A stretch of DNA of 52,921 nucleotides from Syncephalis fuscata S228 (Eukaryota; Fungi; Zoopagomycota), in NCBI GenBank assembly GCA_025786725.1, contig JAHLTZ010000072.1, positions 1-52,921 of the forward strand, read 5' to 3'. Each line of letters starts with the position of its first letter. Within the stretch, counting starts at the first letter, position 1. A program made the position numbers and the translations under genes. Of this stretch, positions 25,201 through 38,000 are shown piece by piece. The notes below the pieces were generated by a model. It had not been told where the DNA came from. It saw nothing but the letters and a program-made list of their open reading frames with translations, and made no database searches.

Positions 25201-27455
25201 TTCTTTGCCTTGGCCAACTAATATGTCTCCTATGTGCTGCTTTTGAGTACAGGTCAATCCCTTGGTGTATTCAGGAAATTCCGAATCAATAGCTGCCAAT
25301 TGACTTAATGGTCGCGTGCGGCCAGACGGTGAAAGTTTCGCTGTCTTAGCTTGTGCCTCATTTGACTTATCATTTGATACACCAAATGGATTTGGTGAGA
25401 AGCGACCGCCAACAGCTAACGGCACACTTGTATTAGGTGTGTGCGCAGATTGTGATGTGCGTTGTGGATAGCGTACAACTGGACCTTCTATAACACCTGT
25501 TGATACCGCTGGTGATTTTAAAGCTGATGTCGAGCCGTCTTTAACATCGTTTACATTGGCATTTTGTGTAGAAGCATTTACAAATGGCGAGTCTTCAGGA
25601 AGTGTTGGAGATTCTTCGTACGGCTTATTCTCGCGTAAATCCGATACCGGAAGAGGTTGTAGCTGACCAGCAGCTGCATTAGCCGGTAGCTGTTCTGCAG
25701 CGCCACCACCAAAACTATTTGGCGCTACTGTTATAGGAGGCTCGCCGTGTGATATGTGCGTCATATTATTCCACCAATCAAGCATTTTCTGTTCGTTGGC
25801 AGCGCGGAAAGTAACAACACGATTATTGGCACCGCCTATACTACGTCGACGCAATAAACCGCCTTTCTCTTGTTTAGTCACCGTCCAGGAAAATGGATCA
25901 GTAATTACTGTTCCATATGGCCCAACAACACACTGGTCAAGACGTAGCGAGTAAATCGGGTTTTCGTTCATTTGGTCTTCGTTCGAGCTTGATTCAGAGA
26001 AGCAATGGAGATATCCAATTGGTGAAATAACGAATTTACCAGAATTCCAATTGCCGTTGGCCATTCTGTACATAAGTGGTCCCTGTTGAATTGGCTGAAC
26101 GTGTGTAGAGTCCCGGTTTTTGTAGTACACTTGGCTGCCAATAATTGGCGACGCTGTTGGGTCAAAAAGACTGCCGCGACGATTTCGAATAAAAGCCGTT
26201 TGATCATCTTGCTCACTGATGTTGCTCATCGGCTGGCGTACATCCGAAAGATGTGTACTTACTTCGGCACAGTGATCGCTATCCCACTGCAAAAAGCTAG
26301 TGATAATTTGCTTCAATCGTTCGGTAATAGTAGCTTCGAAATTAAACAATCCTTGTTCGCGCTCATGTGCCACTTGTTGAAAAAGTGATTCAGTGTTTAA
26401 TTGCTTATCTAACTGATGCAGCACACCTAAAACATACAGATGTTGATTAAAATTATTGTAATACTCTATTATTCCTTACCTTGATTTACGACATAAGGAT
26501 CTTCTTTAGGTGATGGAGTAACTGAATTTCTGCTTAATGTACGCATCATAATAGAGCTCAATCGACTAACTCGTCGGCGTGTTTCTTTGCGCTGCTTGTT
26601 CACCGATTTGGCCGAACCGTCATGAGACCGCTTTAATTCTTCACGCTTCAACTCAATTTGCCCCAAAAGCTGACGTAAAGCTGGCTGCACCTGATTGGTA
26701 ATATAGGCGGCTCGTGCTACGTGGTAACCTTCATGGCTAATGATTGGCTCTCGTGCCTTGCTGTACAACTCTTCAAGACCACCTCGCTGCGCAAAGTCTT
26801 CGCCAAATGAAACGGACTTTTTGCGTATTTTACGGTCTTGTGTCGAAACGGTTTGGTCCACATTAACTAAAGCTTCGTACTGACTGCAAAGCGTTTTAAC
26901 AGTACGTTCAATAGTTCGAAGTCGATCACCAAACAGCTTCTGCGTGCTGGGCACATTTGGTTCCATATAAACAGTGGAAGAACGTTCGCTAATGGTTGAT
27001 TTTGAACTAGCTATGGGCTGTCGTGTTTGAGGTTGTGTTTGTGATTGTGATTGTTGTAGTGCTACATTATTTACAGGCATGGCTGGCGACGACTCAGATC
27101 CATGAGATGCAATTGACATGGTTGATGCATTGTCGAGTGTTCGTTCACGAATAGGCACTGTTGTCGGTAGTGCATCGCGAGAGAAAGGCGTACCTTTGTT
27201 CGGGAGATAATCGGTATGCTCTTCCGCTGTCTCATTCAATGTACTCATGGGTTTTGTGCTTTTCGCTTTATCTGGTGCATCATTAGTTGCTGTCCTAACG
27301 TTAGCGGTGGCATCAGCCGCAGCACGCGCTTCATTAACGCAGACTGCTGAGTCACGATGCTGCTTTAAAGAATTGGCTGTGGCATTTGCCACTATTTCGT
27401 CAGGATCAAGCTCAAAGTTACGTATTTCTGTCTGATTTGTTGCGATATCGGTCAT
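22273..27455 (-). CDS. Slm1/Ask10(Rgc)-like BAR-PH protein with a long C-terminal 44-aa tandem repeat region (4 exons)
   Basis: Exons 27455-26480, 26426-22785, 22735-22385 and 22331-22273 join in frame through GT-AG introns. Coiled-coil LFGDRL...DPYVVN precedes a PH domain (QQGPLMYR...W...FVISPIGYLHCF...PIYSLRLDQC...TFRAANEQKMLDWWNNM). Confidence 0.75.
23268..24738 (-). repeat. Coding tandem array, about 11 x 132 bp (44 aa: QLHELPFYDVDLYKEHPWGTFVSTGKRSKKLHKVMPDMKTQDAI)
   Basis: The 132-bp period is directly visible and the units are near-identical. Confidence 0.95.
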
Positions 27456-28024
27456 ATTAACAATGATTAGAAAAATTGAAAAAACTTGAACAAAAATGAT
27501 ATTGGTGCCGTTGTTAATCGTTTTTAAAAGTTGAATTTCATTGGGTAAGCGGCGTTATATTCGCTATACCGCGCGAAATTTGCTAAACATACATAATGCA
27601 AAACACAAGGTTTTACACATAAATTTAATAAAAAGTTTCATTTTTATCTATTATTTTCATTCTGTTTTTGCTATTCTGATTCAGTTTACATCTTTGTCTT
27701 ATTTTTATTTTATTTTCTTAAACAAAATAAATCAAATGGATTGGTGAAATTAATAAACCAGGTTTTAACTATATGTTGTAATAAATACTGTCGGAATTTT
27801 AATATTTTGCCTGACTAGATTCCCACCATAAATCCAACTAGTTGGTAAATTTTTGCTATATTTATTAACTTGCCCATGGGATAATTCGTTCATAGATGTT
27901 AGTATATATAATTGTACAAATATAGCTTATAAGAATGTGTTTTAATAATATGCCACTCATATATGCAATATTATACAAATTGCCATTGTTAGTATCATAA
28001 TGCTATTATTGTTATAACGGAACT

Positions 28025-28304
28025 ACTGTACTTTAACTTCCACATTTTTATTTACTCCTTTCACCATATTTTTCTTATCGCTATTTTATTGTTCTATTCA
28101 ATAATATATTATACGATAATGCTGAATATAAAGATATAAATAGCATGTGAACATCAATAAAGAACATTATTTGATCCCTAGTCTTTATTTCTCTTATTTA
28201 CATTAACACCTATTCAAGTAATCTCAACGGCATGCCGTATATTCTGGTTACAACTGTCGCCACAAGATTTTTCTGATGAAGACACCCAGCCTATCATTAT
28301 TGCA
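28025..28304 (+). repeat. Inverted repeat B, left copy (about 280 bp, diverged)
   Basis: Reverse complement similarity to 33771-34052, e.g. GCCGTATATTCTGGTTACAACTGTCGCCACAA versus TTGTGGCGACAGTTGTAACCAGAATATACGGC. Confidence 0.85.
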
Positions 28305-28615
28305 AACGCTTAGTTATAAAAAGTTTCAGTTACATATATATAATTATTTTAATTTATTAAATAAAATTTAACGTTTTTTCCTCTTTGTGCATATTTACAT
28401 TGTTACAATTACTATTTAAAGTCAACAATAAATGTATTAATATTAATACTTTGTATTATTAAGGTGTATCATTTTTTGTTTTGGCAGATGCCATTATTAT
28501 ATATTTTTAACAGCTAAAACACATTCAAAATGTTTAAATGTCACATTTATTTGACCAAATACTATAATTTAAAAGCATATCGCATTTCAATTAAATGATT
28601 TTCAATTAAACTTTG

Positions 28616-29052
28616 TAAAACATGCTATTTAAATGTTGTTATTGCTTAAAATGTCACGATTCAACAACGTTCAAATTAAGCTTTGTTGTATCTTAATTAA
28701 GGTTTTCTCGTCAGGGTCCTTTGCATTTACTCGCCATTTAATCGCCGATAGTACTATAAATACTTAATACGCTCGCTAAACATGAAATAAATAACTTTTC
28801 TACTTCTAATTACTTATAGCTTACTTTTATATCAATACAGTCGAGACTTCTGTGTTAGATTACTGAATAAAGCCATTTATTGATAACAAGAGTTGTTAAG
28901 CTATTAAATTAATAATTTTTATTAGTTTAAGTAATTAACATTTGAATAAACCACATCTATTACCCCCTTCTTCTATTTTGGTTGCTAAGCAAACATTACA
29001 AAATCATAAACCTGGTTTTGTAACAATATAATAAACACACTTTATTTGATAC
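28616..29052 (-). repeat. Inverted repeat A, right arm (437 bp)
   Basis: Reverse complement of 21717-22153. Confidence 0.92.
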
Positions 29053-29855
29053 ATAGCTTTTTAATTACTGCTAGAACTTTAAACTATTTTATTTTGATAA
29101 CACTTAAATAATAATAAAATACTACTAACCTTGAAATTAATGTTTTGTTGAAAGATAAGCAGCCATTTGCGCATATTGAAGACGTGTTATACAATATTTT
29201 GAATATAAAAATATTGTATTTTTTAAAGCAATGTGGCCAATTAGATTTTAGTCTAACTTGCAACAATAAAAATATTGCTTTAAAAATACGCCCCTATTTC
29301 TTAATTTTGATTGTAATATAATAGTAGCATTTGCTTATTGTTAGTCTTTCAACCTTTTTCGTCACAAATGCTATACGACGGTCTAATCGAATACTAAACA
29401 ACATCAACGTGTGTCATATAGATATCAATTAAACACGGCATAAAGATCTGCGTGAAACATGCCGACCTACAACGCACAGCGCATCACATATAAATATGTA
29501 ACACCGTTTGTTGCGGTACCGGCGAGTTGAAATAATGGAGCTTGGACTGTCGACGACATACATCGAGAGACTGTCCAGGTGTTATTTATACCAACATTTG
29601 GTAACAATAATACACCAGCTTCATCTTTTGATCCGACCAAAAGGCCCGATACAATGACTGATGCACACTAGTACCGTGTTATAAGCAAAAGTGTAAGCAC
29701 CATTGACTTCGATTGTAATCTAGCCAAGAGTTGGACATGATTAACACCGTGGTCAAATATCCCTCATATACAAACACAATACGTGTATCGACGAATGTAA
29801 TTGGGGCGGATATACACAGTTGTATATATTAAACATAAGCATGAACGTTATTAGC

Positions 29856-29984
29856 GACAATTATCGTCGTCCGAACTGAATCAGACAATAAAGATCATCA
29901 CAATTAAACACATGAATGTTATAATAAACATAAATATTATACAGACAATTATCGTCGTCCGAACTGAATCAGACAATAAAGATC
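29856..29984 (+). repeat. 41-bp perfect direct repeat, two copies 88 bp apart
   Basis: GACAATTATCGTCGTCCGAACTGAATCAGACAATAAAGATC at 29856-29896 and 29944-29984. Confidence 0.9.
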
Positions 29985-31223
29985 GTCAATTAAACATAAA
30001 TGTTTGTTGAGAAAAGTCAAGTCATCACTAATCGGTTTTCACCAATCTGTTTTGTTATGTCCTTTCTACATACTTATCAAAGGGGTGTTTTTTGAGTAGG
30101 AAGGGTCGTTTGTAAGGTTCAAATCACAGCACAGGTTGGGAATTGGATTAAGACGGTTAATCAAAAATGTGACAGTCTTGCCCAAATTTATGCTAATAAT
30201 TTACATCAATGGATACGGGGGCAATTCTACACGATTCCATGCAACAGCCAGTTACCCGACGGATACGCAACCAAATGCCAAACAGCCCGGTTATCTGTAA
30301 CGTTCTTTGCAAGCGCTATCCATCGATACCGGTCATACTATTCCGAGCTCCTACAGCCTTATATCGCTTTGACCGCCGCATCATTGTACCTTTACAGGAT
30401 GGCCTGCTAATTTCCCGACCGATTCCGCCGCATTGCACTGCGCCAGTCCGGGGGCCTTCCCGTCTATTCTCCACCACTTGTTGCAATATTTACGAACTTC
30501 GCCTACTTTTACGCAAACTAGGCCGTTTCACATTTTTCCCATCAAAATACTGCCATTCGACCCACAATTGCCTTATATGGACATGTCACGTGACTATAGC
30601 TGGACACTTAGCTGAACAGTTGCTCATCTACGATGACTAGAAGCATGCAAATACGCTACCTATCCAATGTTGTTGCTGCGTAATTAGTTAGTATAATGCT
30701 TTACGCATCTTCCCACACTACTATCGCTACCACATAATACAGTCTATTTACCTGCATTATTATGGCTGTATGGCCATCTATAGCGATATAGCCCAATTCT
30801 ATCTATTAATTACAATATATATAACAAAATAAACAACCAATAATTAACGTGCTAAACTTTGTCCTTTTACTCCTTTTACACACTATGTTTATACATGCAC
30901 TTTTTATACACAACTACCCCCCTCTAGCACACAGACTATCGCCGCAATACACTCTATCTGCATTCAAATGTATTCTACTCGCTCTCTTGTATAGTATAGA
31001 CCATAGCCGGCACAATTATCGCTAATATTGAAAGGCCGGCATGCGTACAATAACGGTATATTGTCACTGTTGCATCACGTGACACCTTTTTGTATATGAC
31101 ATAAATCGCCACTGTACATCAATATTTCTACATCTCAGCTTGATATTATGCTTTGTTTAGCATTATAAAACAATATAATATAATATATATATACTAAATT
31201 TTACTCGTAATCAATTTACACAA

Positions 31224-31704
31224 TTTTTTGGCCAACTTTTTTTGCAAAAAAATTTGTTCTAAATTCTATACCTGTCCTTATAACTAAGCATGGGGAACTC
31301 GAATCCGGCAATCATTTCGCTATCTTTCGGCTATATAGGCCATGATTGCTAAAAATCTGCTATTTTTGCATATTTATTGGTGTATTATCACTATAACTAC
31401 GCCATCACACAACGCGGCTACAATGTACTTCACCAATAGTCGTATATATATCATACGCATATTCATGCAAAATATCATGCAATTTGCTTGATTATACGTA
31501 AAGTTATACCTAATAATATTCGTGCTTTTAAAACTAAATTAAAAATACGTAAATTGCGTTTTTGGCCTACTTTTTTTGCAAAAATTCTTCTTCTAAATCT
31601 TATATCAGTCATTACAACTAAGCATGAAGGACTCGAATCCAGCAATCATTTTGCTATCTCTCAGTTATATAAGCCATGATTGGTAAAAAAAACCCTGCTA
31701 TTTT
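31224..31704 (+). repeat. Diverged direct repeat of about 145 bp (31224-31366 and 31559-31704)
   Basis: Shared TTTTGGCC.ACTTTTTTTGCAAAAA...AACTAAGCATG...ACTCGAATCC.GCAATCATTT.GCTATCT...GCCATGATTG.TAAAAA...CTGCTATTTT. Confidence 0.85.
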
Positions 31705-33770
31705 CACTATAATTTCAATAAATATGCCTATAATTCTAGATAATTACATCTGGTTGCACAGTATTTTTACCACCAACTTACCTTCATCTAAGACAACTGT
31801 TGTTTTAGATAAAAATATTTAATGTATTTGTTTTGGTTACACACGCATTTTACTTTTAATTTTCTATGACCATCGTCACCATCTAAATAAAGTATTTATA
31901 TGATTTTTATTATTTATAATAACTATGACTGTAATGTAGATTTATTTATTTTTGATACAAAGTGTTAATATGATTGTAGTTAACATAATACAGGTTATTG
32001 TTACTTTATATTATTAAAGTGTAAAGCTTTGACATTTGATGTTAAAAATACGTTAATATTAACACTTTGTGTTAAAAATGCACAAATGTTACTATTTATT
32101 ATAATTGAAGCAAAATTTAAAGCTTTATTTTCCTTACTTTAACCTAATAAATTATTTTTTATTAAATTAGTTAGTTAGGTAATTAGATGGATAATTAGAT
32201 AAATAATTATATATTTATGTAGTTAGGTAGTTAAATAATTAATTAGTTGATTTTTTAATTGTTTAAAATGCCATTTATTTAGTCAGATTGGCTATAGAGA
32301 AAATGGCTGTTTAATAAACAATTTTTATAACAATTATATTAATATTAATCTTACATCATAGATGTGCTCAAAATGTAATAGTAGAATATTAGAAAATGAA
32401 ACAGACCATTCAGATGCAAAAATCCACACAGTACGTAGATGCAATAACAACAAATGCGAGATAAAATGAAATATCAATCATATGGCTTTTATATATCTAC
32501 ACTATTATATATCATTATATGATAAATCGAACACATTATATTGCTATAAGTTTCAATTACATATAGTTTGTTAAGCAAGTGAGGTAAATAAGTTGATATT
32601 TACTAATAAGAAAGCTAAAACAAAAAAACAACTGCAATAGTTAGCGCGTATATACTAGACAATAAATGACATACAATATAAATAATATGCGATGCAAAAT
32701 GTACGATTAGCAGCGTTGAAGTTATTGAGCATATATGCATGATCAATGACCGACATTAGTCGACATTTATAAATAATAAAGCTAGAACAAAAATAAAATA
32801 GTTTTGGATAGAGGAGGCTAGGCGAGTATAGAATAATATATAAAATGATAAATGTATGGTAAGAAAGTATAAGAAATAATGTTGAAGTTATAGTGCATAT
32901 AATGCAATGAGTGGAATGAGTAAAGTATAATGGAACATATAAACAATAGTGTATCTAGTATGTTATAAAATGATATATAATAGTGCGAGACATGTTGGAA
33001 ATGATATAGGTAAATGGTGGATATATGCATACTGGATAACGAATCTATGATGACGAGTATTTGATGACTGATGTCACTCACCACCCATCATCATGTTCAA
33101 TAGATTGGGCGTTATTAAATATTAGTCATTTGTCCCCAAAAAAGCAATAAGTGTGATGATGTGACGATTAAATAAAACTCACCACTTGTCCCATGTTCAA
33201 AGATTGAATGTGCAGTTCAATTGCGCGAATGTTATCAAAAAAAGTCATTGACCCCCAAATCATATTAGATTATTAATAAACTGTTTACTATTAGTGTAAC
33301 AACACTTGTTACCATGATGGCTAAACTTTACTTTAACTCTCACGTCTGGAGTGTTCAAAGCAAAATTCGTTCCAATTGAAGTCGTGCTGTTATGCACAAC
33401 AAACACAGGTATAATGTTTTCATTTGATTACTTTTCAATTCACGAAGCCAATCATTATTGTTGTTGGCTATGTGTAGAAAAATTGATCGAATATTAATAA
33501 AAGGCATTGATTGCAATTTCATATCGTTCCGCAGTTGCTATTGTTGTTACTACATACAGCATAGATTCTTGCGTCTGAATGGTCTCTTTTATTTTCCAAT
33601 CTTCTACTGTTGCATTTGAGCATATTTGCAATGTAAAGTACTTGTCTATGGGCTAAAAGGTAGGACAACTAGCGTTTCTGATGTTCACTATTCTCGAGTA
33701 TTCTTGGTATCAACTTGGTAGGTACAGTTTATTTGCCAATCATTGATGAAGCAAATTAATCTCCACCATA

Positions 33771-34052
33771 TGCAATAATGATAGGCTAAGTGGTTTCACC
33801 AGGAAGATATTGTGGCGACAGTTGTAACCAGAATATACGGCATACCATTGAGGTTACTTAAACAGGCGTTAATGTAAATAAGAGAAATAAAGACTAGCGA
33901 TTGAATAATTTTTTATTGATGTTCAAATACACATGCTATTTATATTGCTATATTGGCATTATCATATAATATATTACTGAATAGAACAATAGGATAGTAA
34001 TAAGAAAAAGATAGTGGAAGGAGTAAATAAAAAATGCGGGTCAAAGTACAGT
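33771..34052 (-). repeat. Inverted repeat B, right copy
   Basis: Reverse complement similarity to 28025-28304. Confidence 0.85.
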
Positions 34053-35041
34053 GACTCCTCTAGTTTATTAATGCCTATGACTATGTACACGTGGATTCAT
34101 GTGAACAAATGGTCATTTACCTGGTCGCCATTTATATTTTGTGAATCAATTCAGTGGCCTTGGATTAGAGCCATGTGAATTTAATTATAACCTACGACTG
34201 ACAAGTTAGGATATGAATGTACCTTAATCGGTAAATGGAGCAACGTGGACGCATGGATACTGTGGGCAAATTTGCCTGAAATGGTCGACAACTTGTCCTC
34301 TTGGTGTGAAAGAGGAAAATGAGTGGCGAGTGTGAGTGTGAGTGTGAGTAGACGCAAACGACACTAATGCGCCCAATAATAGTATTGGGCTACTGCCACA
34401 CAAATACTGTTGCCATACACACACACTGTGACACACACACACACCACGATGACCACAACAACTACGGCTACTACGCATTTGTCATCTTTTATTCATTCAT
34501 CATTGATTTTCTCTCGTTTCTTTCTCTCTTCATATTCTTTTATCGTTAACTTGTTTTTTAGTCAACGGTATTATTCCCTCTTTACTTGTTATTGACTGTT
34601 CGTTTGATGGTGCGATTTATACACATTATAAAGTATAAATCGTTACTGTCAAAATATTCCTTGTCATTGTCGTTGACGACGTAAGTAACTAGGCGTGCTA
34701 CCAGTAGACACACGTGGTCTGCTTGTAACTGGATGGATTGGCGAGTATGTTTATGCACATAGCCGGTTGATATTCTGTGCGTTACAATAGTATTGCGCCT
34801 AGATGCTGGCTTGACCTGTTCGCCAGGTTGAGTGAGGGCATGGTGCATACTTGTGCGGCGTTCGGCCAAGTGCATTGCATTTGTTATACCTGTATAGCAG
34901 CTACAGTAACTCGTTCAGCTTTAACACTACAATAACAGCTAATTAATACCATCTTTCTACTATAGCAAGCAGGTTTCTATTGTGCGCAATAAGTCGGCTA
35001 GATTATTACACATCTAGCGACGCATCGCGCAAGCTAGTGGC

Positions 35042-38000
35042 ATGAGCCTGCCTACAGGCTATAGCAACGCCTCCACAGGCGGTGGAGGTGGTAGTGGCGG
35101 TAATAGTGGTGCTGCTAATTTATCAACGACCGCTGCTACTACCATCAATAATTCTGCAGCAGATCGGCTACAGCATTCTAATTCGCAAAACTCTATCAAT
35201 ACTTTGACAACTAATCCTGCTACCATGAATAATCCACAGGCTCATAATTATATGCGTGGTGGGCCTCAACCTAATACACGCCATCGTACAACTACAACAG
35301 TAACACGGGGAAATCCAAAGGACATGAATGGAGACACAATTCTTATTCTTTCGCTAATTAATCGATTAGGAGCAAAGGTAAGCTTTATTAATGGATAACC
35401 GTACAATAAAATAACTAGATTTATAACAATTATAATAACATTAATATTATCGTCTAGCTTCCATCTAATACGAGACGTCGATTGGAAGCGGTTGAATCTG
35501 ATCCTATGGTGCAGTTAACCATTCGTTCACTCGTTGATCTGTCGCAGTATCGTTTAACAACGGCCGCACACAGTTTAATGACGTTATTGGAAAATGTTAA
35601 TAAGGTATGCATTAATTTAGATAATAATTAAATTAAATAATTAACTAATCTATTGTAATAGTCAATATCAATTATAAATGACGATGGACCATCAATCGAT
35701 ATTTTACAATCACAATTGCTTATTCTAAAGGTTCTAGGTGCTTGTATGTCACATCATTGGCGCTGTCATCGCGATACACAGCGTGAACGTAATCGAGCTA
35801 CCAATAATGGATGTGATAATAATCCAATGTCTCCACATTCGGCATCAAGCGCACAATCTTTTAGAAAACGCAGCGAATCTGACATTACCATGCATCCAAC
35901 ATCAATGCCTAAATCTGAATCAAGTAGTTCAATTAATAATTTTGATACTATTAGCCATGGTAGTCATACACACTCGACTAGATCCTACACAATGGCCGGA
36001 ACAGAAGCACCAGTTGGATTGGATGCATTTGAATCGACTCGAGTGGCAACATCGCGTCAAAGCCTTGAAGCCATTGCTGCTCAAGCTCATAGTACTTATG
36101 AAGATCCGCCTGCATTGGAAGAACCGTTAGCCAAATATATATTCCATGTAGTGGCTAGTTTCTTACAAAATACCTCGCCTGATGTTTATGATGCACATGC
36201 TGCGGCTGGTGGTGCTGCATTAGCGGCAGCTATGGTAGACAGCCCCGATGTATATGGAAAAAGTACGCATCATCCAGCGTCACTTTCATCGGCTGGCGTA
36301 GGCGGTGGTGTAACGTCACCAACTGCTACTTCTCACGGCGCAGCAGGAACTGGTCGCGATTTTCTTACCTCTACCTATGCAGCATTAGCCGATGCACCGG
36401 CCGACCTGGCCTATGAAATCCATCGTGCTGCAGGTCGGGTGTTGTTCTACGTTAGTGCATCCAACTGGCCGGTAGTATTTGCCCGACTTAAAGCACGCAT
36501 TGCTGTATTGGCCCAGACATCAGACGAAAATGCCGATACAGGTGAAGTACGACTATTAGAATGGTGTAATTTGAATTCACGTCGATTGTCAATGGTACTG
36601 CAAGGTAAATAGATAGAATCGACTATCATTAATTAGCATTTATCGTCTAATACATGCTTGTTTTAGAACTTGGTACAGTTTTTCTTCAAATGAAACGTTC
36701 AGCACAACAAGTTACTGCTGTTGTATTAAGACGGTCTATTTGGAACTGGATTGAGGTTTATCCAATGGATTTCGCTCAACTATGTCGTTCACAAAAGCGA
36801 CTTGAAGGTGGTCCAGAAATTTTATTTGATCAGTGTAACTCGGTTGCCGATAGTCATCGACGTAAAATGGTATTTTGGCCATTACAAGCAATGCTACTTG
36901 TCCTCTGTCCGGATATTTTATTGAATATTGTAGAATCGGATTTGATTAAAACGACAAAGAAAACGCTATTCCTTGATTCATTGAAAAAGTCGTTAAAAAG
37001 CAACAAATCGGCTGAAGTTGCCGCCATTGCTTGTGTTGATTTGTGTAAAGCAGCCACTTACACTAATCGAGAAGAACAATTGGCACTTTCGACCATTGTA
37101 ACTGATATAGAGAATGAATTACGCGTAGGTAGTATTTTGCACACCAAATACAATAATCTAATCTGATTTAATTTAATTTAATTAGGATAAATTATTTGAC
37201 CCACAAAGACCATTCCTTACTATGAGTGGCGCGATTGATCAACGTTTAATGACCGAATGTTTAACAGCTTTATTTCGCTCAAGTCCCCACAGCACACTTG
37301 AGTCGCTAATTCCTATTTGTTTGAACGACAATACACATACCGTATTTCGACTTGTACTAGTAAAAAGTTGCTATCTAATTGCATCAGAAAAACAGCTAGC
37401 TTGGAATCCAACCATTTCTAGTATGTATTCCGTGTTGGCCACACCACTTCGCCTATTGCTGTTGCAGTCAAATATGTCACATGGACAAGAAGGTGCCATG
37501 TCATCGGCACCTAGGGGTGCTACAAATAACCGTGGACCATTTGAACGTAGATTTGGTCGACGAGCACAAGTAGCCGCTCTTTTGGCCGAAGAAGCCAGTG
37601 AACGACACGAAATTGTACTTAATATTCTTAAACTATACCGCACTGATCCACAGCTGGCCGTCTTTAACCAGAATCCGCATACGCAATACGAAGAGAATTG
37701 TAATCTTATTACGGCAATTACTAGCTGGCTACACGATCCAGATCCATTGATTCGTACTAACGCTGCAGAGGCATTGCTTGAATTGCACAAACCGGCCTTT
37801 ATTAACCAATGGGGACCACCGCATCTTATTATGAAATCATTTTGGAGTATTAGTTCACAGGTAATGCTGGCGGTGGCCCGACATATTCTTAACTTTAAGG
37901 AGCGTGAAGATGGTACAAGATATGCACTGGAATTATTGCAACAATTACTTGTACGACGTAATGAATTTCTTCGTGAACACCAAGAGCACTGCACAGTAGG

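Noticed and set aside
28615-29053. Solo LTR (TGTA...TACA ends on the right arm)
   Set aside because: The left arm lacks these ends and there is no 4-5 bp target duplication, so it is not supported.
30209-30640. 143-aa ORF in the gene-free gap
   Set aside because: It has no recognisable motif or splice context and an atypical composition, so it is probably spurious.
30585-31083. Two TCACGTGA (CDEI/CLEAR-like) sites suggesting a point centromere
   Set aside because: No CDEII/CDEIII organisation is seen, and the motif is a common E-box.
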